This document shows, one piece after another, positions 45,664 to 55,655 of a stretch of DNA of 64,000 nt. Source of the stretch: an uncultured Clostridia bacterium (GTDB lineage Bacteria > Bacillota > Clostridia > Christensenellales > Borkfalkiaceae); NCBI GenBank assembly GCA_947627575.1, contig CANQWN010000003.1, positions 45,959-109,958 of the forward strand. The letters are read 5' to 3'. Positions within the stretch are counted from its first letter, which is position 1. Every line of letters starts with the position of its first letter. The notes under the pieces were generated by a model, which was not told the DNA's origin, did no database searches, and saw nothing but the letters and a program-made list of their open reading frames with translations. The translations under genes and the position numbers were made by a program.

Positions 45664-47919
45664 CTATCTTTTATATATCCTCGTGCAAAGCACCGTCATA
45701 TCGTCCTCCGCTTCGCCGTTTTTGCACGCCAGCGCCTGCGCAAGGATTTTATCCGCAAGGTTCTGCGGGTTAAGCGGGCGTTCGCCCTGCAAAAACGAGT
45801 ATAATTCGGTAGAGGACGAAAAGGCGGAGGTTACGCCGTCGCTCATAAACACAACTATGTCGCCGTCGTTCAGCTTTTCCCTGCTTACGGCGGGGCGGAG
45901 GTTTTCCAATATTCCCAGCGGCAGGCTTTCGCTTTCAAGCACTTTAATTTCGCCGCGGCGCATAATTATCCCCGCGGGCGAACCTATCTTAACAAATTCC
46001 GCCGAACCCGATTCAAGGTTTATCGCGGCTAGGTCTATGCAGGCGAACCTCTCGTCGCGGTTGAACGAAAGCAATTTGTTTATCGTCTTCATAACCGTGC
46101 CTTCGGGCATTTCCGCGCGGTAAAACGCCTCTATAAGCGAAATGGCGGTGGCGGAAACTTTGCGCGCGTATTCGCCGCTTCCCATTCCGTCGGAAAGCGC
46201 CATAAGGAAGCTGTGTTCGTTTATCTTTATGACGGAGTGCGTATCGCCCGAAACCTTTTCGCCGTCCTTTACGGCGTACGCCGCGCCGAAAGCCGCGTCG
46301 TATGCGGGCGGCGCGCGGAAAATCATACACCTCTTGTCGTCGTCGTAATCTATCCTGTCGCACAGCGCATATTCCCGCCCCAACGCTTCCGAAATAACTT
46401 TCGCAACGCCGTTCACGTCGGGCTTTCCGCACAGCACTGCGGAAACTTCCCCGCTTTCCACGCTCAATTCGGGGCAGGATATGCCGCGTACGGCAAGCCG
46501 CTTTGTAATTTCGTCTTCCGCGGCGGCGCTGTTTTCGCTTCTGCGGCACAGCTCTACGGCGCAGTTTTTAAGCGCGCTTGCCACGCCGTGCGCCTGGTCC
46601 GCAAGCAATATTCTGCCGCTTCTCGCGTTTTCCGCTTCCGTCATACACCGCCTGTATTCCGTAAGTATCGCGTTCAGCCTGCCCATCACTTCCGCAGGAT
46701 TGCAACAGTTGCCCGTAATCTCCGCGGGCAGGTCTATAAGGTTCACTTTGCCTTTCAAACAGCCGCTTGCTATCAGCATTTTAAAACCCTGATATACGCC
46801 GCTGCTTTCGCATTTCTTTCGCCTTTCGCAGGGCTTGCAGCATTTATCGCACAGTTCGGCAAAAATTCTTTCCCGCGTAAGTTCCTCGTCGGGCTGTTCG
46901 TCAAGGGAATTGAACGCGCATTCTATTTCGCGGAACACTTCCGAAATTCTGTAAATTTTTTCGCCCGTCCGCCGTTTCGCCCTGTCAACGCGTTCGTCGC
47001 CCAACTTTTCCCGCACAAGCAGTTTGTCTTTCAGCCGCGCGTAGGGCTTGTCCGGCGGAAGAGAGGGTAGCAGGGCGGCGCACAGCAAAAACAGCGCGCG
47101 GAACACGATAAGCGGAATTGCGCAGTTGTATCCGCCCGTAAAATACAAATACAGCGCCGCAAGCCCGCCGCCCGCAAAAAACACGGCGAATCTTCCCGCG
47201 TTTTTCACCGCAATGCAGGCGGCGGTAAGTATCACGCAAGCCGTAACGGGTTGCAAATCAAGCGTAAGCGCGCAGGGCGCGGCGGCAATCGCCAACGCCG
47301 CGGAAAAAGCCGCGGGCGACCGCGCAAGCCGCACCGAAAAGATTACCGCGCCCGTGCATAGCGCGGCGTAGATATAACTTCCAGCAAGGTTGTAAAGCCC
47401 CGCGCCGCAGATCGCCGCCACAACGCATAAACTTATTACTTCGTCGTCCTTCAACCTGCAACGGAAGAGGCGGAAAATAGCCGCGTACGCGCTTTTGTAT
47501 GCAAAAAAAGTAAATACGGTAACGCCCGCCGCGGCAATAGCCTTCGTCGCGTATGCGTTGCCTATAAGGTCCGCCATACCTTCGCCGGGCGCGAAAACCA
47601 CATACGGCGCCAGCACTATTATCAGATAGATAGCGGCTTCCGCTTTCATTTTGCGGCGGCTTCTTCTGTAAAGCATTACAACGGCGCATAAAAAAAGCGC
47701 CCCGCACGCGCACACGGCGCTCATCGCAAGGTTAAGGTGGGTTGCGGTGGACAGTATGTACAGTACGGGCGTAAGCACGGCGTTTGCGCCGCAAGCCATC
47801 ATCGCAAAGTACAGCCCCAGCCCCAGCGGCACGTTTTTAACCGCAAGGTTGGCAAGCGCCGCGGCTACGGCGTATAAAAAATACATAGCCGCGCTTTTCG
47901 GATTCACTTTCAAACGCAT
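45664..47919 (-). CDS. spoIIE: stage II sporulation protein E (membrane-anchored PP2C phosphatase)
   Basis: Multi-pass hydrophobic N-terminal half and a C-terminal PP2C domain (VSGDTHSV...MALSDGMGSG...DDMTVL). The start was chosen at MRLKVNP (47919); the track start at 48033 runs into the mnmG terminator. Confidence 0.87.
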   Translation of the reverse strand: MRLKVNPKSAAMYFLYAVAAALANLAVKNVPLGLGLYFAMMACGANAVLTPVLYILSTATHLNLAMSAVCACGALFLCAVVMLYRRSRRKMKAEAAIYLIIVLAPYVVFAPGEGMADLIGNAYATKAIAAAGVTVFTFFAYKSAYAAIFRLFRCRLKDDEVISLCVVAAICGAGLYNLAGSYIYAALCTGAVIFSVRLARSPAAFSAALAIAAAPCALTLDLQPVTACVILTAACIAVKNAGRFAVFFAGGGLAALYLYFTGGYNCAIPLIVFRALFLLCAALLPSLPPDKPYARLKDKLLVREKLGDERVDRAKRRTGEKIYRISEVFREIECAFNSLDEQPDEELTRERIFAELCDKCCKPCERRKKCESSGVYQGFKMLIASGCLKGKVNLIDLPAEITGNCCNPAEVMGRLNAILTEYRRCMTEAENARSGRILLADQAHGVASALKNCAVELCRRSENSAAAEDEITKRLAVRGISCPELSVESGEVSAVLCGKPDVNGVAKVISEALGREYALCDRIDYDDDKRCMIFRAPPAYDAAFGAAYAVKDGEKVSGDTHSVIKINEHSFLMALSDGMGSGEYARKVSATAISLIEAFYRAEMPEGTVMKTINKLLSFNRDERFACIDLAAINLESGSAEFVKIGSPAGIIMRRGEIKVLESESLPLGILENLRPAVSREKLNDGDIVVFMSDGVTSAFSSSTELYSFLQGERPLNPQNLADKILAQALACKNGEAEDDMTVLCTRIYKR

Positions 47920-48002
47920 ACCGCAATTATAAAATGCTTCGCTTGCAATAATTTGTCTTTTGCCGTTGAAAAATAAGCGTTTTGCTGTTATGCGCCTGAA
48001 AA

Positions 48003-48039
48003 TAAAAAAGGAGAGTGCGGTTTTATCCCGCAACTCTCA
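48003..48039 (-). terminator. terminator after mnmG (overlaps its stop codon)
   Basis: On the minus strand, GAGAGTTGCGG-loop-CCGCACTCTC is followed by CTTTTTTATT. Confidence 0.55.
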
Positions 48040-49896
48040 TTTTTTCAAAGCAAGGTAAACCATCAGCACCGTAACGTCGGCGGGGTTTACCCCGTAAATT
48101 CTTCCCGCCTGCCCTATGGTGAGGGGGCGCACCCGCTTAAGCTGTTCCCTCGCTTCCAGCCTCAAGCCCGAAATCTTGTCGTAATCTATGTCGGGCGGCA
48201 GCCGTTTGTCCTCCAGCTTCTTCGCGCGCTCTATTTCGCGCTCGTTCTTTTTGATATATCCCGCATACTTTTCGGTAGCTTCGGCAGAGCGGACTATTTC
48301 CGCGGGTATGCCCTTCAATATCCCGAACCTTTCCCGCAGTTCTTCCGCCGCAATTCCGCGGCGGATAAGGTCCGCATAGGAGGGCGAGCCGCTTACCGTC
48401 ATATTTTTTTCTTCCGCAAACTCCGCAAGCGCGCGCCTGTCCGGGCAGGAGGCAAGTTCCTTCAAAGCGTTTTCATAGTCTATCTTCCGCCTGAAATATC
48501 TTTTCGCCCTTTCGTCCGTAAACAGGGGGGTGCCGATAATCTTCGGCGTAAGCCTCAAATCGGCTATATCCTGCCGCAATCCTATGCGGTATTCCGCGCG
48601 GGAAGTCATTATGCGGTACGGTTCTTCCGTGCCCTTTGTGGTAAGGTCGTCTATAAGCACGCCTATATACGCCTCGTCCCGCCCGAGTATGAACGGCGGC
48701 TTGCCCATTATTTTGAACGCGGCGTTTATGCCCGCGATAAGTCCCTGCGCGGCGGCTTCCTCATATCCGGAAGTTCCGTTTATCTGCCCTGCGGTATATA
48801 TGCCCTCCGCTTTTTTGAATTCCAGCGTGGGATAAATGTCAAGCGAATCTATGCAATCGTATTCGATGGCGTAGGCATAGCGTATTATCTCGCAGTTTTC
48901 CAGCCCGGCTATCGAACGGTACATAAGTTTTTGTATATCGTGCGGCATTGAGGAGGACATCCCCTGCACGTAAATTTCGTTGGTGTCCGCGCCCTCCGGT
49001 TCAAGGAATATCTGATGCCTCTGCTTGTCGGCAAATCTCACAACTTTCGTCTCGATAGAGGGGCAGTATCTCGGTCCCGTGGCGGTTATATCGCCGTTGT
49101 ACAGCGGCGAACGCGCAAGGTTTTCCAAAATTACGGAATGGGTTGCCTCGTTGGTGTAAGTAAGGTAGCAATCGCACAGGTTATTCACTTCGCCTTCGTG
49201 CAGGAAGGAAAAGGGTACGGCGTTATCGTCGCCCGTCTGCACGGTACATTCCGCAAAATTCACCGTGCGCCCGTCCAGCCTCGCGGGGGTGCCCGTCTTG
49301 AACCTCCGCACGGAAAAGCCCAGCCGTATCAGTTCTTTGGTGAGGTAAGTTGCGGCGGCAAATCCGGAAGGTCCGCTTTTTTTGCGCACGTCGCCCGTTA
49401 TCGTTTCCGCGTTCAGATATACGCCCGCCGCAATTATAACCGCCTTTGCGGCAAGTTTCCCGCCGTAGTCCGTCACGATTCCGCGTACGCGCCCGTTTTT
49501 TACTATTATTTTTTTCGCTTCGCCCTGCAAAATGCGCAGGTTGGGCGTGTTTTCCAGCGTGCGTTTCATTTCCCTGTGATAGGCGTTTTTATCGCATTGG
49601 AAGCGGGGGGAGCGCACGGCTTCGCCCTTGCCCTCGTTCAAAACGCGCGCCTGTATCGCGGTTTTGTCCGCGTTTACGCCCATTTCGCCGCCCAAAGCGT
49701 CAATCTCCCGCACAAGGTGCCCCTTGCCCGTGCCGCCGACGGAGGGATTGCACGCCATAAAAGCTATGCTGTCGGGATTAAGCGTCAGCACGGCTGTTTT
49801 AAGCCCCATACGCGCGCCGGCAAGCGCGGCTTCGCAACCCGCGTGCCCCGCGCCTATCACAACTATATCAAAATTTCCCTCGTCAAAAGTTTTCAT
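48037..49896 (-). CDS. mnmG: tRNA uridine-5-carboxymethylaminomethyl modification enzyme MnmG (GidA)
   Basis: Carries FDIVVIGAGHAGCEAALAGARMG, GPRYCPSIE and TGTPARL. The start is taken at MKTFDEG; the exact start is uncertain. Confidence 0.92.
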   Translation of the reverse strand: MKTFDEGNFDIVVIGAGHAGCEAALAGARMGLKTAVLTLNPDSIAFMACNPSVGGTGKGHLVREIDALGGEMGVNADKTAIQARVLNEGKGEAVRSPRFQCDKNAYHREMKRTLENTPNLRILQGEAKKIIVKNGRVRGIVTDYGGKLAAKAVIIAAGVYLNAETITGDVRKKSGPSGFAAATYLTKELIRLGFSVRRFKTGTPARLDGRTVNFAECTVQTGDDNAVPFSFLHEGEVNNLCDCYLTYTNEATHSVILENLARSPLYNGDITATGPRYCPSIETKVVRFADKQRHQIFLEPEGADTNEIYVQGMSSSMPHDIQKLMYRSIAGLENCEIIRYAYAIEYDCIDSLDIYPTLEFKKAEGIYTAGQINGTSGYEEAAAQGLIAGINAAFKIMGKPPFILGRDEAYIGVLIDDLTTKGTEEPYRIMTSRAEYRIGLRQDIADLRLTPKIIGTPLFTDERAKRYFRRKIDYENALKELASCPDRRALAEFAEEKNMTVSGSPSYADLIRRGIAAEELRERFGILKGIPAEIVRSAEATEKYAGYIKKNEREIERAKKLEDKRLPPDIDYDKISGLRLEAREQLKRVRPLTIGQAGRIYGVNPADVTVLMVYLALKK

Positions 49897-49956
49897 ATCA
49901 TACGGCGGCGCCCGCAACCCGTAGGGGTGGGGCGCCTTTTAATTATGCTCTTACGT

Positions 49957-51300
49957 TTATTTTTTAAGTATCGAATTTTTTATATCGTCTATATCTTTCG
50001 CTATTTTATCGTTTACCTTGCACATTTCCTCTATCTTGTTCCGCGAATAAAGCACGGTGGTGTGGTCCCGCCCGCCCAACTTTTTGCCTATGGTTATAAG
50101 CGGAAGGGAAAGCAGTTCGCACATAAGATAGCAGCATACCTGCCTCGGTCTTACCAATTCCTGTTTCTTGCTCTTCCCCAAAAGGTCCTCCGCGGAAACG
50201 CGGTAAAAGGAAGTTACGGCGGAGATAACCGATTCGGCTGTTATTTCCTCGTTGCCCTCCGAAACGGCTTTGTTCAGCGCCATCTGCGCCGTTTCCAGCG
50301 TAATGGGCTTTTCGTACAGCTTCGCATAGAATACAACTTTAGAAAGTCTGCCTTCAAGCGTTCTAACGTCGTCGCCGGAATCCTGCGCAAGGAAGTACAG
50401 CACCTCGTCGTCGGGGATAACCGCCCTCATTTCGTAAACTTTGCGCCTTAAAATGGCTATCTTCGTCTCGAAGTCTGGCGGGATAATATCTATCAGCAAC
50501 CCGCCGGAAAATCTTGTTTTCAGCCTGTCCTCAAGCTCTTCAAGCTGCGCGGGGGAATGGTCCGACGTGATTATTATCTGCTTGTTTTTGGAAACAAGTT
50601 CGTTGAAGGTATGGAAAAATTCTTCCTGAACGGCTTTTTTCTTCTCGATAAACTGTATGTCGTCTATTATAAGCACGTCCGCACTGCGGTAATATTGCCT
50701 CAACTTGTTGCCCCTGTCGCGCGCGTCGGGACCGCGGCTGGTGAACAGATTGTCTATAATTTCGTTTACAAACTGTTCACTGGTAACGTAAATTACTTTC
50801 AGTTGCGGTTTTTCTGCGTTTATCTTGTTGCCTATCGCCTGCACAAGGTGGGTTTTGCCCAAGCCCGTGCCGCCGTAGAAGAACAGGGGGTTATATTGCC
50901 CGGCGGGGTCGTCCGCCACAGCCAAAGCCGCGGAAAAGGCAAATTTATTGTTCCCCGCCACAAAACTTTCAAAAGTGAATTTCGGGTTCAGGTTGGAAGA
51001 AGTGGTATGCGCGTCCTCGTCGGGCGCGTTGTAAACGTAATCGCCGCCCTCTACTTTCAGCCTGAAATCGGTAAGTCCCACGTTGGCTTTAACTATCGCT
51101 TCACGCATTTTATCCGCAAGCGTTGCGGTAATGTAATTTGCGAAAGTTTCGGTGGAAGCCTGCAAAACGATATATTTGCCGTCTATGTCCACGGGCACAA
51201 GTTTATCGATATAGGTAATGTAAGTGATAAAGGAAATGCTTTCCTTCATCTTTTGCTTTATAGGGTCGAATAAAAAATCAAAATTCCCCGTTTCCGCCAT
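49957..51300 (-). CDS. dnaA: chromosomal replication initiator protein DnaA
   Basis: 447 aa. Carries Walker A GGTGLGKTHL, Walker B LIIDDIQF, and the domain IV signature GGRDHTTVLYSRNKI. Confidence 0.93.
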   Translation of the reverse strand: MAETGNFDFLFDPIKQKMKESISFITYITYIDKLVPVDIDGKYIVLQASTETFANYITATLADKMREAIVKANVGLTDFRLKVEGGDYVYNAPDEDAHTTSSNLNPKFTFESFVAGNNKFAFSAALAVADDPAGQYNPLFFYGGTGLGKTHLVQAIGNKINAEKPQLKVIYVTSEQFVNEIIDNLFTSRGPDARDRGNKLRQYYRSADVLIIDDIQFIEKKKAVQEEFFHTFNELVSKNKQIIITSDHSPAQLEELEDRLKTRFSGGLLIDIIPPDFETKIAILRRKVYEMRAVIPDDEVLYFLAQDSGDDVRTLEGRLSKVVFYAKLYEKPITLETAQMALNKAVSEGNEEITAESVISAVTSFYRVSAEDLLGKSKKQELVRPRQVCCYLMCELLSLPLITIGKKLGGRDHTTVLYSRNKIEEMCKVNDKIAKDIDDIKNSILKK

Positions 51301-51412
51301 AATTGCGCCCTTAATCCTTTGAAATTTTTTTTACTATTTGGTATAATATTCTGGGACTGTAAAAAACATTATAATACAAAAGCCGCTTAAAATAAAGTGT
51401 TTTTCCGAAAAA

Positions 51413-52498
51413 ATGCATATAAAAAATTTAAATTTAAAAAATTTCAGAAATTATTCCGATGAAAAATTCATCTTTTCGCCGGGACTTAACGTGCTTTACG
51501 GTCGAAACGCGCAGGGTAAAACCAACTGCGCGGAGGCGGTTTATTATCTCTGCACGGGCGTTTCGCCGCGCAACCGCCGCGACAAACAGCTTATAAAGGC
51601 GGGGGAGAACTGCGCGGAAATTTCAGCTTCGGCGCAGGGCAGGTACGGCGAAGTTACCATAAGCGCGAAGATAAGCGAAAATTCCCGCGAGGTGCGCGTA
51701 AACGGCAACAAAATTTCCCGCAACGCCGATATCCTCGGCAACATTTACAGCGTGTATTTTTCCCCGCAGGAATTGCGCCTGATACAGGACGGACCCGACG
51801 AACGCCGCAGGTTTTTAAACCTTTCCATTTCCCAGCTGTCCCGCCCGTATTTTGTCGCGCTTTCGCGCTATAACAAAATTTTGGAACAGCGCAACAACCT
51901 GTTGAAAAACCGCGACATATCCCTCATCTGCGATACTTTGCCCGTGTGGGACGAACAGCTTTGCAAATACGCCGCGGTGATAGCCCAAAAGCGCGCGGAA
52001 TTTATCGCTTCGCTTTCTCCCGCGGCGGCGGAGGAACACGCCTATCTTACCGACGGCGCGGAAACGCTTACCATTTCCGCGGGTAAAAAGTACGTCGGCG
52101 GGGAAGCCGAACTTTCCAAACGCCTGTATGACGAGCTTTCCGCAAATTACGATAGGGATATCCGCCTCGGCTTCACGGCATCGGGTCCCCACCGCGACGA
52201 CATAGATATACTTATCGACGGGACGGACGCCAAAAATTTTGCCTCGCAGGGGCAGACGAGAACGGCGGCTTTGGCTATAAAACTTGCCGAAGTGGAAATA
52301 TTCAGGCGCACCGCGGGCGAATATCCCGTGCTTATACTCGACGACGTGATGAGCGAGCTGGATTTGCCCCGCCGCAAAAAGCTGGCAAGCCGAACCTGCG
52401 GGTTGCAGACCATTCTCACCTGCACCCACGCGGAGCGCGCTCTCTACGGCAGGGAAGCCAATAAAATACGCATAGAGGGGGGCGCAGTAAAACGCTGA
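51413..52498 (+). CDS. recF: DNA replication and repair protein RecF
   Basis: Starts MHIKNLNLKNFRNY, then GRNAQGKTNCAEAVYYL (Walker A), the signature SQGQTRTAALAIKLAE and LILDDVMSELD. Confidence 0.9.
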   Translation: MHIKNLNLKNFRNYSDEKFIFSPGLNVLYGRNAQGKTNCAEAVYYLCTGVSPRNRRDKQLIKAGENCAEISASAQGRYGEVTISAKISENSREVRVNGNKISRNADILGNIYSVYFSPQELRLIQDGPDERRRFLNLSISQLSRPYFVALSRYNKILEQRNNLLKNRDISLICDTLPVWDEQLCKYAAVIAQKRAEFIASLSPAAAEEHAYLTDGAETLTISAGKKYVGGEAELSKRLYDELSANYDRDIRLGFTASGPHRDDIDILIDGTDAKNFASQGQTRTAALAIKLAEVEIFRRTAGEYPVLILDDVMSELDLPRRKKLASRTCGLQTILTCTHAERALYGREANKIRIEGGAVKR

Positions 52499-53328
52499 TG
52501 AAAGCCGATTTGCATTTGCACACCGTGTACTCCGACGGCGTATACACGCCCGAAGAACTTGTTTCCTCCGCGGTTGCGGCGGGGCTGGATATGATTGCGG
52601 TTACGGACCACGATACTGTTGCGGGAGTTGCGCCCGCAATGCTTGCCGCCGCAGACAAAAAGCTGAAAGTTGTGTGCGGGATAGAGGTTTCCGCCTACGA
52701 CGACGGGGTTAAACTGCACACCCTCGGTTACGGTATGGATATTCAAAGCCCCGTATTTACGCAATTTATGCAGAGGCTTTACGACGGCGCAAGGCGGAGG
52801 ACGGAGGACATAATCTGTAAACTGAACGCCTGCGGCGTGAAGCTGAAAACGGAGGACGCGGAAAAACAGAGGTATTCCGCTCTTTCGCCCATACACAGTA
52901 TCCACATAGCGCGCGCCGCGGCGGCAAAGGGTTACGCCAACGGCGACCCGTACGCGTTTTACATGCAGTATATAGCGGAGGGCAAATGCGCCTCTTCAAG
53001 GCTGTGCCGTCCCACCCCGGACGAGGCGGTGCGCGTAATAACCGCGGCGGGCGGGTTCGCTTCCGTAGCGCATCCCGGCAGGGTGCTTATGCCCGAAGGC
53101 AGGTTTACCGCCCTTATCGGCAGATTGAAGTCGGAGGGGCTTGTCGGCATAGAAGGCGTATATTCTACGCATACTCAATGGCAGACGGAATACTATAAGG
53201 AGCTTGCCCGTAAATTCGGGCTTGAAGTTACGGGCGGATCGGATTCGCACTACCCCAACGGGGCTAAAAAATTGGGTATGCCCGCTTTTCACCCCTCCGA
53301 AAGTTTGCAAAAATTACTTGAAAAATGA
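52498..53328 (+). CDS. PHP-domain metal-dependent phosphoesterase
   Basis: MKADLHLHTVYSDGVYTPEELV...IAVTDHDT...SVAHP...GGSDSH, the PHP His/Asp motifs. Confidence 0.8.
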   Translation: MKADLHLHTVYSDGVYTPEELVSSAVAAGLDMIAVTDHDTVAGVAPAMLAAADKKLKVVCGIEVSAYDDGVKLHTLGYGMDIQSPVFTQFMQRLYDGARRRTEDIICKLNACGVKLKTEDAEKQRYSALSPIHSIHIARAAAAKGYANGDPYAFYMQYIAEGKCASSRLCRPTPDEAVRVITAAGGFASVAHPGRVLMPEGRFTALIGRLKSEGLVGIEGVYSTHTQWQTEYYKELARKFGLEVTGGSDSHYPNGAKKLGMPAFHPSESLQKLLEK

Positions 53329-54578
53329 AATATATATTGCGAAAAATCTTTTTAAAAGCATTGGTATTGCCCGTCGCCTCGGCGGGCATATTTTTTTTGT
53401 GCGGCTTTGCAAGGCGCCTGCCCGCGGATGTTACGGCGTACGGCGTAAACGTGGGCGGGATGACTTGTTCTTCCGCCTGCGCCGCCGTGCGCGGAAAAAT
53501 AACCGAACAGCTTAAAGATAAAAAACTTACGGTGGAGGGCAGACAGCGCAATTACGTGTTTTCTTATCCCGAAATATCTTTCAGGGACAACTTGCCCCGC
53601 CTGCTTTCAACCGCCGTAAAGGGCGACGACATTCAACCCGAAATAACCTACTTTTTAAACGGCTTAAACGAAATTGCCTCGGCAATATGCTTTGACGAAA
53701 GCGTGGAAAGGAAGGAACCTTCCGCAACTTTCACAAAGTTGGGCGAGCCGTTTATATACGACGACGGACGCGACGGGCTTGCCGTGGATTACAAGGCGCT
53801 TGTAAACGATATAAATTGCTCGCTTAACGGCGGGTTTTGCAAAGTGCAAATAAAGTACGCGCCCCTGCCCCGCAAAACTTCCCCCGAAGAGGTGCGCGCC
53901 GCAACTGTTCCGCTGTCCTCGTTCACAACCTATTTCGACGGGGAAAACATTAACCGCGCCGGCAACATACGCCTTGCCGCGGCGCTTATAAACGGATACG
54001 TCCTCAACCCGGGCGAAACTTTTTCGTTCAACGCCGCGGTGGGCGCCCGCACGGAAAGCCGCGGTTTTCTCCCCGCAAAGATAATAGAAAAGGGCGAATA
54101 CGTTCAGGGCGTAGGCGGCGGGGTGTGTCAGGTAAGCACAACGCTTTTCAACGCCGCCGTGCTGTGCGGCTGCCTGATTTCGGAATTTCACCCGCACTCG
54201 CTTGCCGTGGGCTACGCGCCCCCTTCCCGCGACGCGATGGTAAGCGGGGATTATTTCGACCTGAAATTTGTCAACACTTCGGGTTCGCCGCTGTATATCC
54301 GCGGCGAAACGGGCGAAAATTACGTAACTTTCCGCGTCTACGGCAAAAGCGACGGCGCAAAGTACTACTTTGTTTCCTCCGTTGTGGAAACTTGCCCGCC
54401 TCCCGTGGAATACACTTCCGACCCTGCCTGCGTGCAGGAAGGCAGGGAGGGCGTAAAAAGCGAGGGCTATCTGGTGACGGAGCGGGACGGGAAAAGGGAA
54501 AGCATACTTTTCAGGAAGGACGAATATTCGCCGCTGAAACGCGTCGAAATTTCCCCCGAACAGCAAAAAACGGGCTGA
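53325..54578 (+). CDS. VanW-family protein with an N-terminal membrane anchor
   Basis: Carries YVLNPGETFSFNAAVG, GGGVCQVSTTLFNAAV and DLKFVNTSGSPLYI, the VanW-domain blocks. Confidence 0.75.
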   Translation: MKYILRKIFLKALVLPVASAGIFFLCGFARRLPADVTAYGVNVGGMTCSSACAAVRGKITEQLKDKKLTVEGRQRNYVFSYPEISFRDNLPRLLSTAVKGDDIQPEITYFLNGLNEIASAICFDESVERKEPSATFTKLGEPFIYDDGRDGLAVDYKALVNDINCSLNGGFCKVQIKYAPLPRKTSPEEVRAATVPLSSFTTYFDGENINRAGNIRLAAALINGYVLNPGETFSFNAAVGARTESRGFLPAKIIEKGEYVQGVGGGVCQVSTTLFNAAVLCGCLISEFHPHSLAVGYAPPSRDAMVSGDYFDLKFVNTSGSPLYIRGETGENYVTFRVYGKSDGAKYYFVSSVVETCPPPVEYTSDPACVQEGREGVKSEGYLVTERDGKRESILFRKDEYSPLKRVEISPEQQKTG

Positions 54579-54593
54579 AAGCGCCTTAAATAT

Positions 54594-54622
54594 TTGTCTT
54601 TTCCGGCGGAATGTGGTATAAT
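54594..54622 (+). promoter_or_regulatory. promoter of plsX (extended -10)
   Basis: TTGTCT, a 17-nt spacer, then TGgTATAAT. Confidence 0.5.
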
Positions 54623-54652
54623 ACTTAAAGCGTTGCTTTAAGAGGTAAAAAA

Positions 54653-55654
54653 ATGATAAAAATTCTCGTGGACGGAATGGGCGGAGATTTCGCCCCGCAG
54701 TCCGTGGTAAAAGGCGCGGTTGCCGCGCTTGGCGAGGACAAGGAATTATACGTGATGCTTGCGGGCGACAGGGAACAGCTTGAAAAAGAGCTTTCCGCCT
54801 GCAAGTACGATAAATCCCGCCTCGAAGTTGTGCACTTCCCCGAAAAGGTGGATATGAACGAGATACCCACTTCCGCGTTGAGAAGAACGCAAACTTCGCT
54901 TATCGGCGGGTTTCATATGCTGAAAGAAAGGGACGATATATGCGCGTTCGTTACGGCGGGTTCCACCGGCGCGACGATAGTGGGCGGACAGCTTATTCTC
55001 GGTGCAATAAAGGGCGTAAAGCGCGCGGCGCTTTGCCCCGCGATACCCAATTCCCGCGGGGGAGTTACCCTGCTTTGCGATTGCGGCGCCAACGCGGAAT
55101 GTAAAAGCGTGCAGCTGGCGCAGTTTGCGCAGCTTGCCACGGCGTACGCAAAGGCGGCGTTCGGTATAAGCGACCCCAAAGTGGGGCTTTTGAACAACGG
55201 CACCGAAGAGCACAAGGGGGATCCCCTCCGCCTCGAAACATATCAGCTTCTCAAAAAGACGAAGGGCATAAATTTTATAGGCAACATAGAGGGCAGGGAT
55301 ATAATGTTGGGCGATTGCGACATAGCCGTAACCGACGGGTTTACGGGCAACGTTGCGCTTAAATCAATGGAAGGGTGCGGCAAACTCGTCCTCAAAGTGA
55401 TGAAAAAGGAGCTTTCTTCCTCGCTGTCGTCCAAAATAGGCTATCTGTTTATACGCAAAGCCATAAAGCGTATGCGCGCCCAACTCGATTTCGATAAATT
55501 CGGCGGGGCGTTGCTGTTGGGGCTTAAAAAGGTAGTTATAAAAAGCCACGGCTCTTCCAAACCGGAAACCATAGCGGCGTCCATAAAGAACGCGGCAAAT
55601 ATTTACCGCGGCGGCTTTGTGCAAAATTCGCAAAGTCTGCCGGAAGGGGATTAG
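54653..55654 (+). CDS. plsX: phosphate acyltransferase PlsX
   Basis: Starts MIKILVDGMGGDFAPQSVVKGA and carries VVIKSHGSS. Confidence 0.92.
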   Translation: MIKILVDGMGGDFAPQSVVKGAVAALGEDKELYVMLAGDREQLEKELSACKYDKSRLEVVHFPEKVDMNEIPTSALRRTQTSLIGGFHMLKERDDICAFVTAGSTGATIVGGQLILGAIKGVKRAALCPAIPNSRGGVTLLCDCGANAECKSVQLAQFAQLATAYAKAAFGISDPKVGLLNNGTEEHKGDPLRLETYQLLKKTKGINFIGNIEGRDIMLGDCDIAVTDGFTGNVALKSMEGCGKLVLKVMKKELSSSLSSKIGYLFIRKAIKRMRAQLDFDKFGGALLLGLKKVVIKSHGSSKPETIAASIKNAANIYRGGFVQNSQSLPEGD

Positions 55655-55655
55655 G

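Noticed and set aside
49897-51412. oriC / DnaA-box cluster flanking dnaA
   Set aside because: I scanned both short flanks for TTATCCACA/TGTGGATAA and near matches and found none. The isolated one-mismatch hits elsewhere (about 11645, 16082 and 52896) are inside coding regions and do not cluster.
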